DNA of 24,000 nt from Anaerolineales bacterium (GTDB lineage Bacteria > Chloroflexota > Anaerolineae > 4572-78 > J111): assembly GCA_020634855.1 (NCBI GenBank), contig JACKAU010000008.1, forward strand, positions 360,503-384,502. The letters are read 5' to 3'. This document shows, piece by piece, positions 1 to 8,449 of this stretch (its first letter is position 1; each line of letters begins with the position of its first letter). The notes below the pieces were generated by a model. The model made no database searches. It was not told the DNA's origin and saw only the letters and a list, made by a program, of their open reading frames with translations. The translations under genes were made by a program, and so were the position numbers.

Positions 1-822
1 CTAGCCCTTAATAAACGCCAGCAAGTCGGCGTTGAACTGATCCTGATGGGTCACCGTCAGGCCGTGCGGTGCGCCCGGATAGACTTTTAGCGTCCCTTGG
101 GGGACAAGTTCGATGGTACGCATGGCCGACGCGCCGATGGGCACGATCTGGTCGTCGTCGCCGTGGATGATCAACGCCGGTACATCCATCCGCTTGAGGT
201 CCTCGGTAAAGTCCGTTTCGGAGAATTGCTTGATGCAGTCATAGGCCCCCTTGATGCCGCTCATCATGCCTTGCAGCCAGAAGTAATCGCGGACGCCCTC
301 CGATACCTCCGCCCCGTCCCGGTTGTAGCCGTAGAACGGCAGGGTCAGCTCTTTGAAGAACTGCGACCGGTCGTTGTAGACCCCCTGACGAATACCGTCG
401 AACGCCTCAAGCGGCAGACCTCCCGGATTATCTTCCGTCTTCAACATCAGCGGCGGCACCGCCCCCACCAGCACCACCTTGGCCACCCGCGAGGTGCCGT
501 GGCGGCCGACGTAGCGAGTCACTTCCCCGCCGCCCGTCGAATGCCCAACCAGCACCACGTCCTGCAAATCCAGCGCTTCGATCAGCTCGGCCAGGTCGTC
601 GGCGTAGGTGTTCATGTGGTTGCCGTGCCAGGTCTGGTCCGAGCGACCGTGACTGCGCCGGTCGTGGGCGATGACCCGATAGCCTTGCTGCCCCAGGAAC
701 AGCATTTGCCCGTCCCAGGCGTCGGCGCTGAGCGGCCAGCCGTGGCTAAAGACGACAGGTTGACCAGACCCCCAGTCTTTGTAATAGATTTGTGTACCGT
801 CTTCTGTAGTGATCCTGCTCAT
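1..822 (-). CDS. alpha/beta-hydrolase, non-heme haloperoxidase / arylesterase family
   Basis: Complete 273-aa ORF with TAG stop at 1-3. AAGGAG lies 7 nt upstream of the ATG at 820-822. Nucleophile elbow GHSTGG is present, with C-terminal [10 protein letters not shown] and PGAPHG motifs. The N-terminus [19 protein letters not shown] is typical of the cofactor-free chloroperoxidase/esterase family. Confidence 0.9.
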   Translation of the reverse strand: MSRITTEDGTQIYYKDWGSGQPVVFSHGWPLSADAWDGQMLFLGQQGYRVIAHDRRSHGRSDQTWHGNHMNTYADDLAELIEALDLQDVVLVGHSTGGGEVTRYVGRHGTSRVAKVVLVGAVPPLMLKTEDNPGGLPLEAFDGIRQGVYNDRSQFFKELTLPFYGYNRDGAEVSEGVRDYFWLQGMMSGIKGAYDCIKQFSETDFTEDLKRMDVPALIIHGDDDQIVPIGASAMRTIELVPQGTLKVYPGAPHGLTVTHQDQFNADLLAFIKG

Positions 823-928
823 TTTTTGTCTCCTTTGATAGACACTAACCTAATAGCTTATTTCAAATAGCGATTGACCAGATCGCCATTTCTAAACCTT
901 AGTTCCTTACTCCCTCCTCCTGACCGCC

Positions 929-1909
929 CTATCGAGCAAACGCATGGCGTAGCGCTGCCCCGACCTGAACCGTAGCCGCCCGTGTGGCCGGAGTCTCCGC
1001 CAGAGCGTTGAGTACCATAAACCCGTGGATGGTGCCGAGATAACGGGTGGCGGTGACGACAACGCCCGCTTCGATCAGCTTGCGGACATAGGCCTCACCC
1101 TCATCACGTAGCACATCATTTTCGGCGGTGATCACCAGAGCCGGGGGCAGCCCCTGCAACTGCGTCACCGACGCATGTAAGGGCGAAACGGTCGGCTGCT
1201 GGCGTAGATCGGCGGCTGCATAGCTATCCCAGTAGTAGGCCACGCTCGCCGCTGAGAGCCAGTAACGGCCATCGCCATACTGGTGATAGGAGGCATAGCC
1301 CGGTAGTTGGGCGTCGGTTGCCGGATAGAATAAAGCCTGAAAATCGATCTTAGGCCCTTGGCGCTCCTTAGCCAGCATCGTCACTACAGTCGCCAAGGTG
1401 CCGCCCGACCCATCACCGGCCACCGCCAGCCGCGAGCTGTCAACCCTGATCGTCGCGCCGTGTTCCGCCACCCATTCGATGGCGCTGTAAGCTTGTTCAA
1501 CCGCTATGGGATACCGTGCTTCAGGCGAACGATCGTAGTGGACAAAAATGATGGTCGTCTGGGTGATGTTCACCAGCTCGCGTATCAGCCGATCGTGGGT
1601 ATCCGCATCGCCCATGACCCAGCCGCCGCCGTGGAAGTATATCACCCCCGGCAGCAGGCTTGAATTACCGGGCGGGCGAACGATCCGCAGTTCGATTGAC
1701 CCGGTCGGGCCGGTCTGAATCGTCATATCCTCAATCGTCGCCGGGAGCTTACCAACGTGGCTGTCGGCCTGAAGCTGCAAGAACCTACTGCGGGCATCCG
1801 CCGGGTTCAGCCTATGGAGCGGCGCACTACTCTGCGCTTCAAGAGAGCGTAAGAATGCCAGAGTACCGGATTCAAGGAAAGCCGATCGGCCATCGCTGCT
1901 ACTATTCAT
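929..1909 (-). CDS. alpha/beta-hydrolase fold-3 (HSL / family IV) esterase-like protein with atypical nucleophile elbow
   Basis: Oxyanion motif FHGGGW, acid motif ENDVLRDEG and HGF histidine motif are present. The elbow reads GDGSGG instead of GDSAGG. The track ORF extends to 2002, but the ATG at 1907-1909 (MNSSSDG...) is preceded by AAGGTGG, so I prefer that start. Confidence 0.85.
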   Translation of the reverse strand: MNSSSDGRSAFLESGTLAFLRSLEAQSSAPLHRLNPADARSRFLQLQADSHVGKLPATIEDMTIQTGPTGSIELRIVRPPGNSSLLPGVIYFHGGGWVMGDADTHDRLIRELVNITQTTIIFVHYDRSPEARYPIAVEQAYSAIEWVAEHGATIRVDSSRLAVAGDGSGGTLATVVTMLAKERQGPKIDFQALFYPATDAQLPGYASYHQYGDGRYWLSAASVAYYWDSYAAADLRQQPTVSPLHASVTQLQGLPPALVITAENDVLRDEGEAYVRKLIEAGVVVTATRYLGTIHGFMVLNALAETPATRAATVQVGAALRHAFAR

Positions 1910-2021
1910 GTATACCACCTTAAGACGGAAGGTGTCTTTATCCGTCGTCGCCGTCTCACATCCTAAACCGCATAGGACGTGGTCGTGAACGCAATCGAGC
2001 ACACTTCCCGGTTAACGAAAA

Positions 2022-2051
2022 TTGGACGAAACATCTGCCTGTAACTACAAT
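2022..2051 (+). promoter_or_regulatory. candidate sigma70-like promoter for the giant STAND gene
   Basis: TTGGAC (2022-2027), 18-nt spacer, TACAAT (2046-2051). Pattern match only. Confidence 0.25.
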
Positions 2052-2109
2052 ACTACATGATAAAAAGGCCGTTGTCAGTGTGTCCAAGTACGCACTTGAC
2101 CGAGCCTTG

Positions 2110-2130
2110 GGTGTGCAATAGGTGTGCAAT
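2110..2130 (+). repeat. tandem direct repeat GGTGTGCAAT x2 at 11-bp spacing, possible operator
   Basis: GGTGTGCAAT occurs at 2110-2119 and 2121-2130, separated by one A. It lies about 40 nt upstream of the start of a gene whose first domain is an XRE-type HTH. Confidence 0.3.
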
Positions 2131-2157
2131 TTGACGCCTCCTCACCAGAGGCGTCAA
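2131..2157 (+). promoter_or_regulatory. leader hairpin abutting the Shine-Dalgarno sequence
   Basis: TTGACGCCTC (2131-2140) pairs with GAGGCGTCAA (2148-2157), a 10-bp perfect stem with a 7-nt loop. AGGGGAG and the ATG at 2169 follow immediately. Confidence 0.35.
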
Positions 2158-2168
2158 GGGGAGTGGAT

Positions 2169-5100
2169 ATGGCATCGAAGCAAGCTTACCCAAGCCGCGA
2201 CTATGCGGTTAGTCAATATTTGCTGACGCTTCGAAGCCGAGGCCAGCTAACCCAAGCGGCGCTGGCCGACCGGATCGGCGTCCACCGCCGCAGTGTGCAA
2301 AAGTGGGAAAGCGGCGAGACTTACCCCACCGCCGACAACCTGCGCACCCTAATTGCCGTCTTGCTGCCGCTAGGCGCATTTACACCGGGCCGGGAACGGG
2401 CTGAAGCCGCCGACCTGTGGCAGCAGGTCAGCCAAAATGCGCCGCAGCCTCTACCCTTCTTTGATACGGCCTGGTTCGACCAACTGATGACCGGTTCCCC
2501 CGCCCCCGGCCGCGGCCCCGCCTCAAACACCGCCACCTTTCCGCCGCCGCCTGATCAAACCCCGGCGCGCCGCGAACGGCAGATAACTCCGCCCCTCCCT
2601 TTTGTACCAACTCCGTTGATCGGCCGCAGTAATGAGTTGGCCAAGATAGCCCAAATTCTGGACAATCCGGCCTGTCGCTTACTGACCCTGCTGGGGCCGG
2701 GCGGCATTGGCAAAACGCGTCTGGCGCTGGAAGTCGCCGCTGGCCAAACCGGCGTCTTCAGCGATGGCATCGCCTTTGTGCCCCTCGTCTCCGTCGGCAA
2801 TCCCCACCAGATCGTCTCGGCCATTGGCGACGCGCTTAATCGCTCCTTCGCCGGGCCGTCCGACCTGCTCGCCTACCTGCGCGAGCGGCATATGCTGCTG
2901 CTGCTCGATGACTTCGAGCATCTGCTGGACGGAGCCGATCTGATCGCCGGCATGCTCCAGGCGGCTCCCCGGCTGACAGTTCTCGTCACCTCCCGCGCCC
3001 GGTTGAACCTCCAGGCGGAATGGCTGTTTGACGTGGAAGGACTGTCCTACCCGCCCGCCGAATCGTTTGGCTGGAGCATCTGGCACAGTGAGACGGACCC
3101 GACCGACTATGGCGCGGTTCAGCTATTTGTGCAGCGAGCCACCCAGCTTCAGCCGGGCTTCCCCCTCACCGAAGCCAGCCTGACGCCGATTATCCATATC
3201 TGCCAGCACGTGGCCGGCATGCCCTTAGCCATTGAACTGGCCGCCGCCGGGGTGCGCTTGCTGCCGGTGACCGACATCGAGCAGCAGATTCGCTCCAATC
3301 TGGACACGCTGGCCACCACCCTGCGCGATGTGCCGCTGCGCCATCGCAGCATGCGGGCCGTGTTCGACCACTCCTGGAACCTGCTGAATGAGCCGGAGCA
3401 GGCGGTGTTTAGCCGGCTGGCGGTCTTTCGCGGCGGTTGGGATCAGATGGCCGTGGAAGGCATCTGTGCGGAGGTAACCGGACACACCGTCGCCGATAAA
3501 CATGAGGCGCGAGATATGCCGTTTTTGTCTCACACGGTTTCCCCGGCGCTATTGGCCTCACTGATCGACAAATCACTGGTCCGACGAAGTAACGGATCGA
3601 CTGGACCGGCCGGCGAGTCCGGCCGGCTGAACGCCTCAGTTGGGGCGCGCTTCGTTTTACTGGAGCCAATCCGCGAGTACGCCCTGGAGCAGTTGGCGGC
3701 TCGGGGCGAGGCCAAGACGCTGCGGCGCGCCCATGCCCACTACTACTTGGCGCTGGCCGAAGCGGTAGACGCTCACTGGGATAGCCCCACCGCAGACACG
3801 GCCATCGAGCAGATTGATCGCGACTACGACAACCTGCGCGCGGCCTTGCAGTGGGCCAGTGACAGCGGCGACGTGCTGCTGGGGCTTAAATTGGCCGGCG
3901 CGCTGTGGCGCTTCTGGCGGCGTCGGGGCTACATTAATGAGGGACGGACCTGGCTGGAGGAGCTGTTGGCCGTAGCCGGCGATCCGCCCGACGCGGCGGC
4001 GGCGGCCGTCTGGCTGCGGGCGATAAACGGCGCCGCCTGGTTAGCCTCTTACCAGCACGATTTTGCCCACGCCGCCCAAATCTTTGAGCAGAGTATGGCT
4101 CTGCGCCGGGAGTTGGGCGAGCTAAAGGGCGAGACGAGTCTGCTCGACAACGCGGCCCGCGCCTGGCGCTCCGCCGGGCAGTACCGGCGCGCGATCCCGC
4201 TGATGGAAGAAGCGCTGGCCCAACACCGCGCGCGGGGCAATCGGGGCAGCCTGGGCGCCGGCGGCCTCGGTTTTTCGCTCTATGAGTTGGGCTTAGTGCT
4301 GCGGGAGCAGGGTGACTTTGCCCGCGCCGCCGATCTATTTGATGAGTGTGTTACCTTTCACCGCACCCTGGGTGACCGCGAGGGCATGGGCATTGCCCTG
4401 CTGGGGCTGGGCGACGTCGCCCGGGACCAGGGCGACATCGCCCCCATTCGTAAGTATAGCCAGGACAGCCTGACCATCTTACGAGAGCTGGGGGTGCAGT
4501 GGGCCGTCGGTTTTGCGCTCAATAACCTGGCTGTGGCCGCTTATTTGGAGGGCGACTTGCCCCAGGCGCTGACCCTGGTCAACGAAAGCATTACGCTGTA
4601 CCGGGCCCAACAAGCCGAGGCCAGTCTGGCCGAAATATTGGTCACCTTGGGCCATATTCTACGGGCGCAGGGTAACGTGGCTGCCGCTCACGCCGCGCTG
4701 ATTGAGGCGCTGCGGCTGGCTCAGGCCGTTGGCCCGCGCCTGTTTGTAGCGGCGGCCTTGGAAGGGCTGGCCGGCCTGGCCAGCCAACCGGGCCAGTCGG
4801 CGCTGGCGGTCCGCCTTCTGGGGGCAGCGTCCGCTTTGCGAGAGCGCATGGGCACCCCGGTGCGGCCGGTCGATCAACCCGACCTGGAGCGGCGGCTAGC
4901 CGCGACGCGGGCGCACCTGGGCGCCGATGCCTTTGCCGAAATATGGGCTGAGGCCGAGGCCCTGCCTTTGGGCCAGATCATTATTCCCGACGCCGCCGCG
5001 TTTGCCGCCGGCGCTCTCCCCTCCGATGCGCCCCAGCAAGGGATCAAACTCACCCACTATGGCCGGCAGCGGGTCGATTGGGGGCTGGCCCAGGACGCAC

Positions 5101-8100
5101 CGACGTTGTACGGCCGGGCAACGGAGTTGGCTATGCTGACCCGCTGGGTGATCGAAGACGACTGCCGGGTCATTACTCTGGTGGGCATTGGCGGCATCGG
5201 CAAGACCAGCCTGGCCGTTGCCCTGGCCCGGCAGGCGGCCCCTCACTTTGAGGCCGTCGTCTTTCGCTCTCTGGGCGAAGCCCCCCCGTTCCCGGAACTG
5301 CTTGACCAGCTCATCCACCGCGTCGCGGCCCAGCAGATTGTGCCCCCGCCGCAGCCGGCCGATAAGCTGGCCCTCCTGGTCGATTTGCTGACCGAGACTC
5401 GCTGCCTGCTCGTTCTGGACAACCTTGAATCGCTGATGAAGGCCGGCACCGCGACCACCCAATATCTGGCCGGTTATGAGGATTATGCCGTCCTCTTCCG
5501 GCAGTTGGGCGACGCCGCTCACCAAAGTTGTCTAATCCTGACCAGCCGCGAACGGCTCAGCGAATTGGCCGCGCTGGAAGGCCCCCACGCCCCGGTGCGC
5601 ACCCTGCGGGTAACCGGCCTGCCGGAAGACGCCTGCCGGGCGCTGCTGGCCGACCAAGCCCTGACCGGCACCACGGGGGATGCCTCGGCGCTGGCCCGGC
5701 GGTACGGCGGCAACCCACTGGCCCTCAAGCTGGTGGCCGAGCCGATCCGGGCCGTCTTTAACGGCGACATCGTCGCCTTTTTGACCGAGGGGACGTTGTT
5801 TTTCGAAGGGGTCAGCCAACTGCTGGAACAGCAGATCAGCCGGGCGTCGGCCCTGGAACAGGCGCTGCTGGCCTGGTTGGTTATTGGCCGCGAACCGGTG
5901 ACGCTGGATCAGTTGATGGCAGATTTGCTCGACGGCCCCAGCCGGGCCGCCGTTCTGGCCGCGCTGCACGCGCTGTGGCGGCGCAATCTGGTTGAACGGG
6001 GTCCGCAGAATTTGACCTTCACCCTCCAGCGGGTGGTGATGGAGTATCTAACCCAGCGCCTGATCGAGCGCGCGGCGGACGAGATCGAGCAGGGGCGCTT
6101 CGATCTACTGGTCAGCCATGCCCTGAGCCAGGCCACCGCTAAGGATTATGTGCGGCGCAGCCAGGAGTGGCTGATCGTCACGCCCTTGCTAAAACGCCTG
6201 ACGACGCTCTACGGCAGCCCGGAGCAATTGGATCAGCAGCTCCGCACCCGGCTGGCCGCTCAGCGTGACCGGCCGCTGGAGGCCCAGGGCTATGGACCCG
6301 GCAACCTCATCAACCTGCTGCGGCTGCTGCGCGGTCACCTGCGCGGCCTCGATCTGGCCCGGTTGGCTATCCGGCAGGTCTACCTGCAAGGCGTGGATCT
6401 ACACGATACCAGCCTGGCCGAGGCAACCATTCAAGACAGCCCCTTTACCGAAACCTTTGGGGCGATGACGGCCGTGGCCATCAGCAGTACCGGCGCTTAC
6501 TGGGCCGCGGCCAGCCGGTGCGGTGAAATCCGCATCTGGGCCGCGGCCGGGCAGACGCCCTACCGCGTCTGGGAGGCGCATACGGCCAGCACCTGGGACC
6601 TGGCCTTCAGCCCGGATGGCCGCACCCTGGCCACCGGCAGTTGGGACGGCACGGTTAAGTTGTGGGATATTGTCACCGGGGCGTTGTTGTGGTCAAGTGG
6701 CCATACCGGCCACATTCAACGGGTGACGTTTACCCCGGACGGCCACCGGCTGGCCGCCAGCGGCGGCGAGGCCACCGTCTGGATTTGGCATACCCAGGCC
6801 GGCATGGAGCCGCAGCTTCTAACCCATCCGGGAACGGTGACGGGCATCGCCTGGAGTCCGGACAGTCAACTCCTGGCCACCGGCGACCGGCGCGGAACCG
6901 TTCGCTTATGGGCCATGCCCGAGACAGAGCCACCCGTCTGCCGGCGCACGCTCACGGGCCACACCAACGCCATCACCGGGCTGGCCTTTGCCCCTGACGG
7001 ATACACTCTGGCCAGTAGTAGTTGGGACGGCACGGTCAAACTGTGGGATATGACGGCCCTCCTGCCGTCGACGTCGCTCGGGGCAGACCCGTCGGCGTCA
7101 CTGCATGAGGACGGGGTCGATGAACCACTGCTGCAGACGCTGACCGGACACACCGACCGGGTGATCCAGGTGGCCTGGAGTCCCGACAGCCGCATCCTGG
7201 CCACCGGCGGGCATGACCAGACGATCTGGTTGTGGGATGTCGAGCGGGGCCGCTATCGAACCGTGCTGCAAGGCCACACCGGCGGTATCTGGAGCCTGGC
7301 CTTTACTCCTGACAGCCGCAGCTTGCTGAGCGGCGGCGAAGACGGCACGCTGCGGCAGTGGGACGTGGCCAGTGAACAGTGTATTCGCATCATCCAGGGC
7401 TACACCGTCTTGCTGTACGATGTTGATTGGAGCCCGGACGGCGGGCAGTTGGTCAGCGGGGGCGCCGATGCGGGGGTTACTATTTGGGATGCCGCCGGCC
7501 AGACGCCACCCCACCTCTTGTATGAACAGCGTGGCAGCGTGTTCGGCGTGAGCTGGAGCGCCGACGGCCGGTGGATCGCCAGCAGTGAGTGGGGCAGTAC
7601 CATCCATTTACGGGACCCGGTATCGACTGAGCAGCAACTGTTAACCGACCCGAATGATGAGGGCAACTGGCTCTATGGATTGGCCTGGAGTCCGGATGGG
7701 CAGCGACTGGCCTGCGGCACGTACCGCCAGGGCGTCCATGTCTTTGAGCCGGCCGCGAACCGTCCACCCTGGGCCGGCACGCCGTTACCGAGCTGGATCC
7801 GGCTGGTGGCTTGGAGTCCGGACGGCCGGCAGTTGGCCGGCGGGGGCGATGACGGGATGGTTAACATTTGGGATGCGACCGACGGCCGGCTGCTCCAGCG
7901 GCTGGCCGGCCACGACAACTTGGTGACCGGTCTGGCCTGGAGCCTGGATGGCGCGCTGCTGGCCTCGGCCGGCGGCGGCCCGGCGGGCGGTGAGTTATGG
8001 GTATGGGATATCCGGCGCGGTGAGCGCCGGCAAACCTTTGAGGCTCCTTCCGGTCTGGTGTCAGCCGTGGCCTGGGGTCTCAATGAGGCGATGATCATTA

Positions 8101-8399
8101 GCGGCGGCGGCGACGGCATGCTGTGCTGGTGGGATTTACAGCGGGGCGAGCGCCGGCACATCCGCCAGGCTCATAAAGGCACAGTGCAGTCACTCAAGCG
8201 CAGCCCCGATGGAACCCAGTTGGCCAGTTGCGGCAACGACGGCGCGATTGTGGTGTGGGATTTGCACCGGGCCGAGCCGCTGCACACCCTCCGCCGCGAC
8301 CGCCCCTACGAACGGCTCAACATCACCGGCAGCCACGGCCTGACCGAAGCCCAGCGCACCACTCTCCGGGCGCTCGGCGCGGTTGAGTTCCAACGGTGA
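2169..8399 (+). CDS. giant STAND-class protein: XRE-HTH / NB-ARC-like NTPase / TPR array / second NB-ARC-like NTPase / pentapeptide-like linker / 14 WD40 repeats
   Basis: Single uninterrupted frame. The track starts at GTG 2124, but ATG 2169 has an AGGGGAG SD, so I prefer it. HTH (LTQAALADRIGVHRRSVQKWESGE) is at about nt 2202-2369. Module 1 has Walker A GPGGIGKT at 2694-2717, Walker B LLLLDDFE at 2895-2918, LVTSRARL, and GMPLAIELAA. TPR-like helical repeats span about 3711-4973. Module 2 has Walker A GIGGIGKT at 5184-5207, Walker B LLVLDNLE at 5406-5429, LILTSRERL, and GGNPLALKLVA. WD40 blades span about 6459-8288, with 14 units of the type SPDG...GTVKLWD. Confidence 0.9.
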   Translation: MASKQAYPSRDYAVSQYLLTLRSRGQLTQAALADRIGVHRRSVQKWESGETYPTADNLRTLIAVLLPLGAFTPGRERAEAADLWQQVSQNAPQPLPFFDTAWFDQLMTGSPAPGRGPASNTATFPPPPDQTPARRERQITPPLPFVPTPLIGRSNELAKIAQILDNPACRLLTLLGPGGIGKTRLALEVAAGQTGVFSDGIAFVPLVSVGNPHQIVSAIGDALNRSFAGPSDLLAYLRERHMLLLLDDFEHLLDGADLIAGMLQAAPRLTVLVTSRARLNLQAEWLFDVEGLSYPPAESFGWSIWHSETDPTDYGAVQLFVQRATQLQPGFPLTEASLTPIIHICQHVAGMPLAIELAAAGVRLLPVTDIEQQIRSNLDTLATTLRDVPLRHRSMRAVFDHSWNLLNEPEQAVFSRLAVFRGGWDQMAVEGICAEVTGHTVADKHEARDMPFLSHTVSPALLASLIDKSLVRRSNGSTGPAGESGRLNASVGARFVLLEPIREYALEQLAARGEAKTLRRAHAHYYLALAEAVDAHWDSPTADTAIEQIDRDYDNLRAALQWASDSGDVLLGLKLAGALWRFWRRRGYINEGRTWLEELLAVAGDPPDAAAAAVWLRAINGAAWLASYQHDFAHAAQIFEQSMALRRELGELKGETSLLDNAARAWRSAGQYRRAIPLMEEALAQHRARGNRGSLGAGGLGFSLYELGLVLREQGDFARAADLFDECVTFHRTLGDREGMGIALLGLGDVARDQGDIAPIRKYSQDSLTILRELGVQWAVGFALNNLAVAAYLEGDLPQALTLVNESITLYRAQQAEASLAEILVTLGHILRAQGNVAAAHAALIEALRLAQAVGPRLFVAAALEGLAGLASQPGQSALAVRLLGAASALRERMGTPVRPVDQPDLERRLAATRAHLGADAFAEIWAEAEALPLGQIIIPDAAAFAAGALPSDAPQQGIKLTHYGRQRVDWGLAQDAPTLYGRATELAMLTRWVIEDDCRVITLVGIGGIGKTSLAVALARQAAPHFEAVVFRSLGEAPPFPELLDQLIHRVAAQQIVPPPQPADKLALLVDLLTETRCLLVLDNLESLMKAGTATTQYLAGYEDYAVLFRQLGDAAHQSCLILTSRERLSELAALEGPHAPVRTLRVTGLPEDACRALLADQALTGTTGDASALARRYGGNPLALKLVAEPIRAVFNGDIVAFLTEGTLFFEGVSQLLEQQISRASALEQALLAWLVIGREPVTLDQLMADLLDGPSRAAVLAALHALWRRNLVERGPQNLTFTLQRVVMEYLTQRLIERAADEIEQGRFDLLVSHALSQATAKDYVRRSQEWLIVTPLLKRLTTLYGSPEQLDQQLRTRLAAQRDRPLEAQGYGPGNLINLLRLLRGHLRGLDLARLAIRQVYLQGVDLHDTSLAEATIQDSPFTETFGAMTAVAISSTGAYWAAASRCGEIRIWAAAGQTPYRVWEAHTASTWDLAFSPDGRTLATGSWDGTVKLWDIVTGALLWSSGHTGHIQRVTFTPDGHRLAASGGEATVWIWHTQAGMEPQLLTHPGTVTGIAWSPDSQLLATGDRRGTVRLWAMPETEPPVCRRTLTGHTNAITGLAFAPDGYTLASSSWDGTVKLWDMTALLPSTSLGADPSASLHEDGVDEPLLQTLTGHTDRVIQVAWSPDSRILATGGHDQTIWLWDVERGRYRTVLQGHTGGIWSLAFTPDSRSLLSGGEDGTLRQWDVASEQCIRIIQGYTVLLYDVDWSPDGGQLVSGGADAGVTIWDAAGQTPPHLLYEQRGSVFGVSWSADGRWIASSEWGSTIHLRDPVSTEQQLLTDPNDEGNWLYGLAWSPDGQRLACGTYRQGVHVFEPAANRPPWAGTPLPSWIRLVAWSPDGRQLAGGGDDGMVNIWDATDGRLLQRLAGHDNLVTGLAWSLDGALLASAGGGPAGGELWVWDIRRGERRQTFEAPSGLVSAVAWGLNEAMIISGGGDGMLCWWDLQRGERRHIRQAHKGTVQSLKRSPDGTQLASCGNDGAIVVWDLHRAEPLHTLRRDRPYERLNITGSHGLTEAQRTTLRALGAVEFQR

Positions 8400-8408
8400 C
8401 CGTCACTT
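8393..8408. promoter_or_regulatory. palindromic motif ACGGTGACCGTCACTT (core GTGAC-C-GTCAC) overlapping the STAND stop codon
   Basis: The core is an 11-bp perfect palindrome. The TGA stop (8397-8399) lies inside it. The identical 16-mer recurs at 22230-22245, and a one-base variant in the opposite orientation lies at 22298-22311. Confidence 0.3.
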
Positions 8409-8449
8409 ATTATCGCTAAATCAACTGATTGTCATCTTTGGCGTAGAGA

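Noticed and set aside
97-870. 257-aa plus-strand ORF, plus similar long antisense ORFs at 12779-13738 (+), 4896-5525 (-), 7098-7607 (-), 7673-8161 (-), 20343-20900 (+) and 21385-21939 (+)
   Set aside because: These are shadow frames opposite well-supported genes in GC-rich DNA. Their composition is Arg/Gly/Pro/Ala-biased and low-complexity, with no recognisable motifs and no ribosome-binding sites.
1910-2002. N-terminal extensions offered by the ORF track (esterase to 2002; also STAND from 2124 and permease to 11388)
   Set aside because: In each case an internal ATG with a good SD at proper spacing begins where family homology starts. The extensions are Cys/His/Arg-rich or overlap hairpins.
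2057-2134. 25-codon upstream ORF (MIKRPLSVCPSTHLTEPWVCNRCAI) in the STAND leader
   Set aside because: No ribosome-binding site is present, and it would start at or before the predicted TSS. It is probably chance.
6459-8288. Recurrent DNA motif GCCTGGAGTCCGGAYGG could be a non-coding dispersed repeat
   Set aside because: It is the in-frame coding of the AWSPDG blade signature of the WD40 repeats.
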